Source: Eledone cirrhosa (taxonomy: Eukaryota). From it: 64,000 bases of DNA. Within the stretch, counting starts at the first letter, position 1; each line of letters starts with the position of its first letter. Positions 25,636 through 38,256 of this stretch are shown in pieces. The stretch covers positions 154,318,001-154,382,000 of the forward strand of contig OZ024743.1 in the NCBI GenBank assembly GCA_964016885.1, written 5' to 3'. The position numbers were made by a program, and so were the translations under genes. Under the pieces are notes generated by a model. It made no database searches. It was not told the DNA's origin and was given only the letters and a program-made list of their open reading frames with translations.

Positions 25636-26200
25636 TTGGAGATCAGCCACTTCCACTTTGATAACAAAATATATTTACAAATAAAAGGAACGGCCGTGGT
25701 AACCAAAGTATCCCCCACACATGCAACATCCGTTATGGGTCACCAACATGCAAAATTATATTCCCAGCTGCCGGAAACTTTCAGTCACGACTTCGCCACG
25801 TACATTAATGACAAATGGAAATTTACGTCTGACAATGAAACAATGTAAGTTATGAAATGTGGGGACATCGATGCGGAACTTGTGAATACATTGTTGGGCA
25901 AATCTCCCTTAAAAACAATGAAAATTTCAAAGTTAATTCAAACATGAATTGCAAAACAAAAAAGAATAATTTATCGTGCAACCTGCCCACAATGTAAAGA
26001 ATACTACATTGGTGAAACCGGAACGGGTTTACATGACAGAGTTCGTGTAAACAACAAATTAGAGACGCATCTGTCAGAGACACCACATGCAGTGAACACA
26101 TCGCATCATGCGGGAAGGGAACATTCACAATCTTCTCCTTTTCTAAGATATGGTCACACAGCGAATATTTCCGGAAATATAAGGAAGAATTCTACATTAG
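25636..26200 (+). mobile_element. Penelope-like element fragment (RT piece joined to GIY-YIG piece)
   Basis: HFHFDNKIYLQIKGTAVVTKVSPTHA (PLE RT motif B region); CPQCKEYYIGETG..CSEHIASC (GIY-YIG). Confidence 0.75.
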
Positions 26201-26299
26201 AAAGTACAAATAGCTACTGAACACATATATGTTTCCTCTTCCAATAACGAGATTCTCTCCTTTTTAAAAAAATCGCATATTGAGAAAATAAAAATATCC

Positions 26300-26760
26300 A
26301 AGTAGAATTGGAAGACACCCGCACTTTCAAATATTCGATCGTTGAAGAGAACAACAATCGGGTAAGGGGGGTGGAACCATAAGACATTACGCCGGCGGTG
26401 TACGCGTCTTTCTGGGGTTATTGCTGTGGTGGGTGTCCCTGTGAAGGCGGTAGAGCTGCTAGCTAATGTGTGCTCTGTTGGCCTTATGTCTATGTGTAAG
26501 GCCAACCCCAGCGCGGCGGCTCTGGGTTACCCTATGCCTGTTAGAGGGTATTGGTAGTATACTGTCACCATTATTAAGCCTGTATACGGGGAATAATTCA
26601 AGTGGCTTGCTGTAAATTCTCTTGGCCGAACTATGATGGTGTGGGTAAGGTAACTGACCCGTCTAGCCAAACTTGTTATTATGATGCAGGAATTGACATT
26701 ATTTTTCTAGGCCTTCAAATTCGCACACAACATGCCTCCTTGCATTAGGTATACCTGTGT
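26300..26760 (-). mobile_element. Penelope-like element fragment (RT-EN linker)
   Basis: RRRNVLWFHPPY, same motif as RKITWYNPPY at ~29490; boundaries approximate. Confidence 0.5.
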
Positions 26761-27335
26761 GTAGTGTTTAATGCCTTTACTAATAGTCTATCATATTCAC
26801 ACCTAAACACGGCATCATTTATACTGAGTTGACAGACCCCGCATTCGTTAATTTTTTTTCTTTTCCATAGCTGGTACTGGTCATAATTTATGCAGTAAAC
26901 TTTATACGGGCACCGGTGATTACCTTCCTTGGCAAACTATACTCCTTTCACCGTATTTATACCCATAACATTTAAAATAACAATACATGGCGATGTGAAA
27001 TTATTATTATACCCTATCCGAGTCTGTAATTAAAGACTTTGCTTTTAATATCTGCCTCCGATGAGCCCCCTGGGCGAAACAGGTATAAGAGCTATATAAA
27101 GATATGTTTTAACGGCATGTAACACTTTCATTCTCTCATTCTTCTGCTTATTACAGCTCTGATTAATCTTTACACTAAATATTAACATTCTCTAATATTT
27201 AATCCTGATAACCCAAGCATTGAGCACTAACGCATCCGTTTTTAATATGTAATATTCTGTATCGCACCTCTTTATATCTCTTCTTTCTATCCTCTGTATA
27301 CGATACTGTAACCTATTACACACACACACATATAA

Positions 27336-27423
<88 letters not shown>

Positions 27424-27426
<3 letters not shown>

Positions 27427-27680
27427 GAGGTTATATTTAATTTGTTGGGATTCAACAAGCTTAACTTTTTTATAACTGATATAAAGCACTCAACACTATC
27501 CAGGAAGTTCCAACCATTAAAGTTGTCTTTTTTCAGGGTATGTCAATATTTATTTATAAAACAAATCTGTATTGTATTTTATCTGATGAAAGCGCACCAT
27601 AATTTGCCTTGGTGGCCCTTGAAATATGTATAATAAAATAAATATGGTTTTATAAATATAGTTTCCCTTTGTTAATATAT

Positions 27681-27685
<5 letters not shown>
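27424..27685 (+). mobile_element. ~260-bp non-coding hammerhead-bearing element between (TA)n tracts
   Basis: Related copies at 61913-62120 (+) and 31636-31815 (-). Confidence 0.7.
27575..27640 (+). ncRNA. Type I hammerhead ribozyme motif
   Basis: TATTTTAT-CTGATGA-AAG..CACCA..TGGTG..CTT-GAAAT-ATGT-ATA-ATAAAATA; 8-bp stem I. Confidence 0.75.
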
Positions 27686-27763
<78 letters not shown>

Positions 27764-27963
27764 AGAGGTCGGGGAGTGTACGACGGAGAGTGAAGGAATG
27801 TAGTGAGCAGTATATTAAGTAACTCTAGTGTATGCATTCATAAATTAGAAGAAAGGAATTCACGTTTATTCACAGCACAATTACAGGAGACATCGAATAT
27901 ATCTATTTGCTGCCGTAGCCCTGAAAACTGGATATATGCCATCATTTAGGGAGTGTAATGAAA

Positions 27964-28043
27964 ATAATTGTTTTTACTTTAGGCACAAGGCCAGCAATTA
28001 AACAGTGCATTACTGGTACTTTATTTTATCGACCCCGTAAGGA
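27964..28043 (-). mobile_element. SINE family A 3' fragment
   Basis: AGGCACAAGGCCAGCAAT..ACTGGTACTTTATTTTATCGACCCC. Confidence 0.75.
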
Positions 28044-28578
28044 CTGTAATGAAAATAATGTGAATAAGAAACATTTATCACCTATACGGGATAGGAATGT
28101 TCTAGGAGTAAAATAATCGGAAAAAGGCAAAACCGATAAGCAAAATTGCATTCCTCACTTTGCTTTTTGTTTATCTTATTGCTAATTACAGTACCTGAAT
28201 AATAACGATATAACGAACATAGTAATGTAATCATCATAATACATTAAAGATATTTTAATTATTGTAGTATATAGTAATTTTCGTTATAGAAAGAAACCAT
28301 TGTAAACACGCGAACACAAACACAAACAAAAATCAGTGACAAAATGAAACTTGAAAGGATTTTGTCAAAACATTAAATGCATGAAAACAAATATTTTGAT
28401 GGTTTAGTTGCAGTGTATAAGTATAGATAATGGCGTAGTTTGCGTAAATGGACGTTAATCGGAGTAAAGTTAAAGATCTTTAATTTTTACGTCTGACAAT
28501 ATTTGGGTAACTATAGTTTCAATTGCCTTAACATCAAATAGATTTACGGATAATAACTGAGGACATTTCTACTACTCT

Positions 28579-28696
<118 letters not shown>

Positions 28697-28838
28697 GAGT
28701 ATATGTTGGTTGTATACCAACAACAAATACGCAGGCTGGAGCACTCGACGAAGTGCGCAGGTCGGTTTGGTTACTCCGGAGTAATGTAAAATAAAATTAA
28801 ATAAAAAGTCAAATGTTTAAAATTTAGCTTCGTTTATT

Positions 28839-28893
28839 GTTGCTATATATATTTCAGTGACAGCCATCTTTGGCTGTGACCTCTTCAAGCAGT
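28839..28893 (-). ncRNA. Type I hammerhead motif (inverted copy, core TTGAAGA)
   Basis: Reverse complement of 31503-31555 with C3>U. Confidence 0.55.
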
Positions 28894-29399
28894 CCGAATT
28901 AGTGTGGTATAGACAAGTACATATGTTGTTGAGGTGTATAATATTGTCAATACTCTGATATGCCCAGTTCCTGGTTGGGTTGTTATATCACTGAGGAACT
29001 GGAATCTTATGAATTCAAACAAACGAATTTCACTGTCAAAGGGCCTCTTCTCCTCTCATTGGTCAGTTGTTAGAACATTCCTCATTCTATTTGTTGTTAT
29101 TGTTGGAGTTAGCTTTAAACATTGATAAAGTGGTAGAAGGGACAAGGTGTTAAAGGAACAAAATAACACAAAAAGTGTCAAACTTTCAATTGTTCAGTTC
29201 TGAGAGCATTCCTCAGTCAGAAGTCTATAGAATTATTTCTGGGGTGAGGCTCCCTGTAGTGTTTTTGTTTGCTATTGTTAAGTACATTTGACCTCTACCA
29301 TTATTTTGGTAGTGTAGTTGGTGTTGTGGTCAGCTTATGTCTTGCTTCTGTTGACAATTTAGAAGTATCTGTGTGTGGTTTTCTTCATCCCTCCTGCCA

Positions 29400-30308
29400 C
29401 AGGGAAAGCAACAGTGCGGAAACCACCAGCAACTAAACAAATCTCCGACAAATCACGACGCCCCCGACCCACACATACAGGAGAATACACCGAAAAATCA
29501 CGTGGTACAACCCACCCTACTCAGCGGCCCGAAAGAACAGCTTGGTCCGATCATTCTTTGGAGCACTTGATAAACGCTTCCCGAGGGACCACAGATATCA
29601 CATGATCTTCAACAGACACACCGTGAAGCTCTCGTATTCCACCACAAGAAATCTGGCCCAACACATAGCAAGCGTCAACAGGAGTTGGCTTAAAAACCAC
29701 ACACAACCAGAAGATGGCAATACAAACACTCAGCAGAACCATGTGAAAGGAGGGAAGGGGGGACCCAGAGCCCACCCAAGAAATCCAAACAGGCCCGGGG
29801 ACCCCCACCGTGCCTGGTGGAAGACCAACATGTAACACATAACGGGAACCCTAATCTAGACACCCAGAGGTCGACCACCCTCTGCAACTGCAGAAACCCC
29901 GAATCATGCCCCCTTGGTAATGAATGCCTCAAGAAGAACCTAGTATACGGTTGTAGGGTTAAAACCCCCAACTCCGAACACCTCTACATAGGAGCCAAAT
30001 CAACGAGCTTTAAAGACCGCTGGTACAACCATCGCCATTCATTCAATAAGGAGGCCAAAAGGAAAAGCACGGCTCTCTCTGTCCTGATCTGGAAGCTTAA
30101 GCTGGACAGGACCCCGTACTCTCTGTCCTGGTACATAATCAGGAAAGTACCACCCGATAAAGGTGGATCTTGCATATGCAAACTATGTCTGAACGAGACC
30201 CTCGAGATACTAAGAGGTGGAAGCGGCCTGATAAACCTCAGAATCGACTTCTTCAGGACATGCAGACACCTTAGAGCCGGGACCTTCCGTAAGATATATG
30301 GACAGTAG
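29400..30308 (+). pseudogene. PLE linker + GIY-YIG endonuclease (frameshifted fragment)
   Basis: RKITWYNPPYS, IFNRHTVKLSYS, CNCRNPESCPLGNEC, LVY..LYIG..FKDRWYNH, CKLCLNE, CRH. Confidence 0.88.
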
Positions 30309-31502
30309 CAACACAAGAAGATGTGAACTCCCCTTAAGCTATAGGGACTTCTACTGAACATGTAAACTCCTCTCAGCCAGACCTCCCTCAAGCTATATGG
30401 GCAGTAACAACACCCTAGGTTGTAAACTCCCCTCAAGCCATAGGGAACAACCCAGGTTGAGCAGACACCATGATAGCCTAGAGATTGAATCGGACACAGC
30501 CATTATAATTTGGCCAACATCTATATAACACAAACACATTTTAATTTACTTGATTTCTGACTTTCAAGTCCCAGTTTTAAATCTTGATTTCTCTTTATTA
30601 ATTTGTTATTTGTTTTCTGCCCTCTTCACTGTGTCACCTCATATTTATTTTTAAGTTGAGATTGATTATTACACAAACACATTTTGTTTGATTATCTTAT
30701 TTTAACATCTTGTTTCTCATACCAATCTATCCAACATATTTCTGACCTTGAGATTGGTTATAGCACACACACACTTTATCCTACTTTATTTGAATCTTCA
30801 TTTTATTTTTCACTTCTCCATATTCATTTTCATTACTTTTTCACCAATTTTTCATTTATTCTTTATTATTTATTCTCTATTTATTATCTATTTTCAAATT
30901 ATACACATTATATTATTTATTTTCTGTTTTCTTCATTTATTGCCTTATATTTCTTCATATACATGGAAGAACCCTCCCTCCCTCCCCCACCACCACTATG
31001 AGAGATGGTGGCAGGAGGGATGAAGAAAAAACACACACAGATACTTCTAAATTGTCAACAGACGCAAGACATAAGCTGACCACAACACCAACTACACTAC
31101 CAAAATAATGTACTTAACAATAGCAAACATAAATACTACAGGGAGCCTCACCCCAGAAAGAATTCTATAGACTTCTGACTGAGGAATGCTCTCAGAACTG
31201 ACCAATGGGAAGTTTGACACTTTTTGTGTTATTTTGTTCCTTTAACACCTTGTCCCTTCTAACACTTTATCAATTTTTTAAGCTAACTCCAACAATAACA
31301 ACACTTAGAATCAGGAATGTTCTAGCAACTGACCAATGAGAGTAGAAGAGGCCCTTTGACACTGAAATTCGTTTGTTTGAATTCATATGATTCCAGTTCC
31401 TCAGTGAAATAACAACCCAACCAGGAACTGGGCATATCAGAGTATTGACAATATTATACACCTCAACAACATATGTACTTGTCTATACCTCACTAATTCG
31501 GA

Positions 31503-31555
31503 CTGCCTGAAGAGGTCACATCCAAAGATGTCTGTCACTGAAATATATATAGCAG
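31503..31555 (+). ncRNA. Type I minimal hammerhead ribozyme motif
   Basis: CTGC-CTGAAGA-GGTCACA..TGTCACT-GAAAT-ATAT-ATA-GCAG. Confidence 0.7.
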
Positions 31556-31600
31556 CAATAAACGAGGCTAAATTTTAAACATTGACTTTTTATTTAACTT

Positions 31601-31635
<35 letters not shown>

Positions 31636-31639
<4 letters not shown>

Positions 31640-31811
31640 ATATTAATAAATGGAAACTATATTTACAAAACCATAAAATAAATATGGTTTTAGTAATATA
31701 GTTTCCATTTATTAATATATTGTGTATGTACTCCACTAAGCTGTTGAGTGCTTTATATCAGTTATAAAAATGTTTAAGCTTGTTGAATCCCAACAAATTA
31801 AATATAACCTC

Positions 31812-31815
<4 letters not shown>
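31636..31815 (-). mobile_element. Rearranged copy of the 27424-27685 element with terminal fold-back
   Basis: 31745-31815 is the reverse complement of 27424-27495; 31636-31722 is a palindrome of the element's 3' end. Confidence 0.7.
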
Positions 31816-31879
<64 letters not shown>

Positions 31880-31957
31880 CGAAGGTGTTTGTGTGTGTGT
31901 GTGTTATGTATGTGTATATATTTATATATATTAATATACATATATACACTTGTATGC

Positions 31958-32005
<48 letters not shown>

Positions 32006-33969
32006 GTGTGTGTGTTTCTGTTGTTTTTGTTTTGTATATTTGAAGATTAGTGTGATTTGATTTTCTGCGAGGGGTGCATGAGAAAAGGTCTTGCGCTAAA
32101 TAACCAAAGGAGAGCAGTAAAGGAGAGTTTGAAAGCAAGTGAGGGAGAGAGATAGTGGGGGGGGATGATAGAGAGAGAGGGCGGGGGAAGCGAGCGAATG
32201 AGGGAGAGAGAGAGAGAGAGAGAGAGAGTGGAGAGAGAAAGATAGCGATGGAATAAAACAGTTAATATCATTGGAGCAGAAGTAAAAAAAACATAATCGA
32301 AACAACGTACACTGTTACTAAGAGAGTTGGGGTGGGAAATCAAAGAGATAAATATAGACAGAGAAGTTATATGAGGAAAACAAAAACGTCAAAAGTAAAC
32401 AGAATATAAGTAAGAAATTAAGGACACTGAGATGAAGTATGAGGGGCAGAAGAGGAAAGAGAGGATGGAAAGGAACAGATAGGTCTTCTTTTAAAGTTTT
32501 ATGTGTCAAAAATATGAATGATAGATAACAAAATGAAAATGCAATAAAAAATAATAACAACATTATAGAAGAAAACAAATTAAAACCAAAATTCAATTTA
32601 AAAAATCAACAAAAGAGCAAACAATATATACAGAAGCCATTCAGGTGATATTATGGGATATATTTATTGTTGCTCAAAATATCATGTATTTTATAATATA
32701 TAATCTAATATGGAATCAGCTATGAATGCACAATAGTTTGACGTTTCAATAGAATAATGAATTATACAATAAATGGGATATATGTGATGGATTTCAGTAT
32801 ACACATATAAAACTTATATATAAAACTTACTGTTTGACAGAAAAAGGAAAGAGGAAGAAATATTTATATTTTATTAAATATTTTTTCAGTCACCTCTTGT
32901 CATACTCACACATAAAACTATGTACACTTATTGTCATGAACGCATTATCTGAAATATGTTATGTCTCCTGCTCTCCCTTTCCTTATGTGTGTGTGTGTGT
33001 GAATATGTATTTATAAGAATGTACTTGCGTATGCATATTTTTGATTTTCATAATAAACGCACATAAATGCAACATTATTGATGCATCTATATAAACGCAA
33101 AAATGTGTGTACTTGAGTGTATTTTAATATCTAATTCTGTTTTCTGTTCATAATTATATAACAAAATTATATAACAAAATGTATGCATATTTAAAACTCT
33201 AAAGATAGTAATTAATGTTAATGATAGAAAACAAACAATAATTTGAATATCTCTAATATGAAATGTTATGCTTAACTGCTTTGACAAAATCCACAAATTC
33301 TTAATTCAAGGAACAAAACTTCACATTTGTGAAATAACACAAGCTGGTTCTTTCATAGAGAACGTAAGCATAACATTGTTTATTTTTTTATCACATCAAA
33401 GCAGTTATATTAAAGTATTTTTAATTGGCGGTTGTTATTATTTGTTAGGATAATCCGTTATAATTTATCTTCTATTTATTTTCAATTATTATAAGAATAT
33501 TTTGTAAAGAAATGAAAGAGGAATAGAACTGAAATATTCAGAAACAATCCCCTCTTACTAAATAAGCTATGCTGTTATGTCTATTCTAACAGACATTAAT
33601 GAATTATATGGGGTGTATATCTGTCTAGATATGTTCCAGTCATTCTAAGCTAACACGTGATCCTTTGGGTGATTGTTCAACCCGTAAAAATTACTAGGCA
33701 GATTACCTCAATATTAAACAGATTACCTTCAAAATGGATACGTATTTGTGAATATAACAAGACAAAAGATGGTATGATGATGTATTGAATCAATTAATGT
33801 AAGACAATATTATGTAACTGTATGTGAACTTGAGAAACGTCTATTCAGTTACAGTAATTTGGCCAGCTAACGAAGAAAAGTGGCATTGCAACATCTGGAG
33901 GAAGATAAGGTGATTTGCTACTAGCATTTAGAAGCTAAATAAACCATGGCGGGAGGCTATTTCTAAGAC

Positions 33970-35150
33970 AGGTTAAGGAGAGCATCCATCGACGCTATCA
34001 CATTCATGCGTGTTTGGGTGATGTAGGGGAGCGATCTCTTGAGTGTGGGAGACCATGTGTAGGACACCACATGTCCCCGGCGACAAAATGCAGAAAACGC
34101 TGCTCCAGAGGGTGTCGTGCGAGGAGACGCATTGTATTAGCCATTCCAATTGGCAGGGTTCTATTCTGCGCGTTGCTAGTGTCACCGCGATTGTAATCTG
34201 TAGTTATGTTGTTCGGGGATGAAGTCTCCAATGCTATCGAAGAGCGACCGATACTTTGACAGTTTGATATCTTCAGCCTAACGAGAATCGAAGTCTGGGT
34301 TAGTCTCTGAATGTACCAGTTTGCCACTAGATAAGATGTCACTGTATGTAGCATCCAAAATGAGGGGCTTACCATCCCGGAACGTGATGATTTTTATGCC
34401 ACCCACTACTTTGCCATCACGTCGGTCCATCCGGCTCGAGTGGGAAAGGGAGGCCCTGCAGCGACCAAGCCATGTTTTATACTTTCGTTGTGAGTAGCAC
34501 ACAATGGGAAGCGGCCGGCACTCTAACGCCATGATAGTGGGTAGATGCTAACTGAGTCAACAGTAGATCCTCAGTGGCATTAATATGGCTCACACTTCCG
34601 GACGCCGAGCCTCCTGGAAACACTGACCTACAAACTGTTACTGTCCAGCTGAATTACATTTGAAAGTGTTGGTACGGAGTTAAACCAGACACACTAGGTG
34701 CTGGGGGGGGGGGGGCGTGCGAAAACATGTACAGTAGCCTCTCAGAGACCATGTCACACTAAAAGGTGTCCCATTTTCTTTGGGTGCGATTATAGAAAAA
34801 ATAATGGCATATAGTGCGGAGGGGAACTGGTTCCATTTTCCGTAGTACACCTACCGTTTCCAGATTACAGTAGGTTCAGTTGTGGTGTGGAGAATCTTCT
34901 TGGTGGGGACGTGGTAAGAGGTCACAGACGAAAGAAATGTCGGCAATGCCAGTGAGACCGGAGACTGGTAACCAAGGCCATCGTATCGTATCTTAATGGT
35001 AAAATGGTATGTGACCATCCGGTTTCATCAATGCGGACGTTGCATGTTTATTGATTGAGTGCTAGGAATATGACAAGTAATGCATTTTATTGAATCTACC
35101 ATGTGACGCCCGAGTACAGAACAACGTGAGAGAAAATGTTGCTCTGTCCG
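33970..35150 (-). mobile_element. Decayed CRE-like non-LTR retrotransposon fragment
   Basis: RRDGKVVGGIKIITFRDGKPLILDAT (RLE PD-D region, as at 18050) and terminal L.IAI..GNA-like segment. Confidence 0.5.
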
Positions 35151-36566
35151 ATAGAATATATAGTAATAAAAAAAATACTTGCTTTAAAATCTGATTTTAA
35201 TTAGCAAATTGCACATAAAATACTTAATGCGAGGGAAAACAGCTAGTGAAGAACTGGGTAACTAGTCGTGAGTTGAAATGCCACATCTATAGGCAGTCTA
35301 CATATTTATATGTAGACATTGTGGATGATATAGATAAGAATTAACAAGTTATGTAGAATTTGGATAAGGAAAGTAGTTGCCTGCTCGTCATTTAGTAGTT
35401 GAATGCTTAGAAATATCTAGATTTATAGTTTTGAGGAAAGGGATAAAGGAAATGCCAGAATGTATTATGAGGGTAAAGCATCTTCTAAAGCAAGAGTTGA
35501 TAAATCAATCCTGTTTATAATGGTAGCTAGAATTGTTATATCCCTACCAAGAAGTGAAGTTCTGTGTCGAGTCATACTCCTATAATATAACCTGAAACGT
35601 TTCACACTACTTGAATATATACATTTATTCTGGAAGTTTTATGGATATATTTTAGCCGAAAGATTTGTTGAAATTTCTAAGGGATGTTATGAAATTACTT
35701 ATTTGATTTAAATATTCACCTTTAGTTGCAGGATCCCAACATTGATGATAACAGTACAACCTCTTACGTTTTAGTTTCTAGGGAAAGCAAATGACAACAT
35801 TACTACCATTTATCACCACTCAATGAGTTGAAGGAGCGTATTCTGGAAATTCGGCAGAATGATAAGGCAATAACAACGTTATATATTGCTTTCCAGCTGA
35901 ATGGAATGACAACACTTTAATGGATTTCCACCAAAGAGAAGATTCAACAATGAAGAATCAAGCCCATAAAAAGTGTAATATATCGAAGTATTTAAGAATG
36001 ACTTGGATAGAGTAGTTCTCATAGAATAACATATAATTCAAATAACATTATTGACATTGTTTACGAGGATTACGCTGATTTCACATTTTTATTGAAAGGC
36101 CAAAGTTGGTCTCACATCATCTTGCAGCATCGCAGCCGAACCTTTCTGCTATATCTCAACAGTTCATCAAACTTCTGAATATAAACATTATAACGATAAA
36201 TGGATATTCAGTTTTACTTGCTGGAAACAATTTAGCCTGCCGGTAATGTATTTCAAACTTTGTTAAATCATTTTTAAAATGAATGCAATTATCATTAGAA
36301 CAATAACATTAATCTGCAGAAACATACAAGTGTACCAAAACTAGAGTTTAATTAGTTTGTGTAAATGGGATGAAGCATGATAGGAACTAGTCATTGAACA
36401 CAGAAGAATTTAAGATGCTGGATAGAAATGTAATGAACGATGTTAATTTCTAAAAAAAAATGGAGAAAGAGAGAAAATATTAGAAGGAAGGTAAATGCAA
36501 AAAAGGGAAATTGGAAGATATGAAGATATCAGTTGATTCATAGAGGATAGATAACTTCATATATGC

Positions 36567-36599
<33 letters not shown>

Positions 36600-36604
36600 T
36601 GTAT

Positions 36605-37126
36605 GGACATCCTGCAGGACTAAAAACAAAACCTGTCAAAGGGCAAAGGAGCTCTTAAGAGTCAATGGCCATCCAAAATCACCGGGAGAGATGACCCCTT
36701 AGCCTTTGTCAAGGCAGAATTCTAAGAGAAGGAAAACTCTGATATAGCACCTGCAACCCTGATGGTATCCAATGATGTTGACTTGTTCTTCTTTTTGGTA
36801 AATATCGTCTTGGTCAAGAGAGTGGGACTGGCTTTGAGCAGTGCCTTTGCTCACTATAAAAGCTTCACGGCACAGGCATTGCTTTATATCTGGAGATCTC
36901 TCTGCACTTGTCGTCACATGGTACCATGGGCCCAGCACTATGTATCAGTAATTGTCACAAGTGTAGTGTTTGTACCAGAGTTTTCAAGTCGCTGGCTGGA
37001 CTAAAAAGTCACACTCGTTCAGCGCATCAGTAGGGGTTCTACATGGATATAAAGTAGTGGCCGTACTCGAAAACGAGTTGGCAGCCACCATGTATGTATG
37101 TATGTATGTATGTATGTAATGATGTA

Positions 37127-37173
<47 letters not shown>

Positions 37174-37793
37174 TTTATATATATTATGTCGGGTCACTCT
37201 TGAGTGCTACTGGTAACATGTAACCCAGTACAACCTGACGCATGGTCGGGTTGTCGGCGACTAAACCGGCAACCCCACCAAGCTTACTTGGTGAGCAGGG
37301 TGATTGTGGACACCGTGCAGGACAAAAAACAAAACCTGACAAAGGGCGGAAGAACTCATAAAAGTCAACGGCCATCCGAAATTGTGTAAATATGTATATA
37401 CACATGTACATATGTATGTGTATGTGTGTATATACATGGGTGCATGTGTATGTATATGTACGGGGACATAGAAATAGTCGGGCTGGACAACTGATTGCGC
37501 GTTTGAATCACTGGGAGTGAAGGACCCCTAGCCTTTGTCAGGGGATTCTTCTAGGAGAAGGCAACTCAGGAAACTGGGATAACTCCGATATAAAACGTGC
37601 GGCTCAATAGTTACCGATCCTTTCTTCTTTTTGGGTTATAGCTACTGTCGCTCAGAGAGTGGGATTGGCTCAGTGCATAGGGTTTCCTCAATTTAAAAAA
37701 TATCTTCACGCACAAGCATTGCACGATAGAATTAATTAATAATTATTAATAATGTTATATCGTGCAATGGCCATACTTGATAACGTGGGGGCA

Positions 37794-37800
<7 letters not shown>
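36605..37800 (+). mobile_element. Three fragments of an unclassified interspersed repeat (36605-37090, 37186-37385, 37462-37800)
   Basis: Shared GCAGGAC.AAAAACAAAACCTG, GACCCC.TAGCCTTTGTCA, GAGAGTGGGA.TGGCT and end GGCAGCCA.CA-(TA/TATG)n; head also at 55010-55185 (-). Confidence 0.65.
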
Positions 37801-37850
<50 letters not shown>

Positions 37851-38256
37851 CAGGAAAAGAGTCAGGAACTCCTTTCGACTGGTAGGTCTGAACTAACGCG
37901 GTATTGTTAAGAGAGCAGTAGCCTGGCTGAAATTATATTTGGGCATGCAGTGATAGGGTCGCAATATGTCAAACAGTCCTCAAAGTCGCTTTTCAATCGC
38001 GTATATGTATTTACATGTACATATACATATGCACTCACACAAACAGAGATATGCATACATTCACACACATACGCACATACACAAACATCTGTGTGTATAT
38101 ATATACATACATTCATACACACACTTACACACACGCATACACATACATACAGATACTCACACACATATATACACATACATACGCATATATATATACATAC
38201 ATATAAATAAAATATATATGTATGCACACACACACATACAAGGAGGGTTACTAATC

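Larger units (their letters stand above)
28785..31608 (+). mobile_element. 5'-truncated Penelope-like element (probably Naiad-type) with ~600-bp inverted terminal copies
   Basis: 28785-29400 is the reverse complement of 31007-31608; linker + GIY-YIG ORF inside; hammerhead in each arm. Confidence 0.9.

Noticed and set aside
29817-30308. Selenocysteine-recoded PLE endonuclease
   Set aside because: All conserved Cys positions are normal Cys codons; no in-frame TGA
30290-30450. CRISPR-like repeat-spacer array
   Set aside because: Degenerate, irregular units in a eukaryotic retroelement; no cas genes
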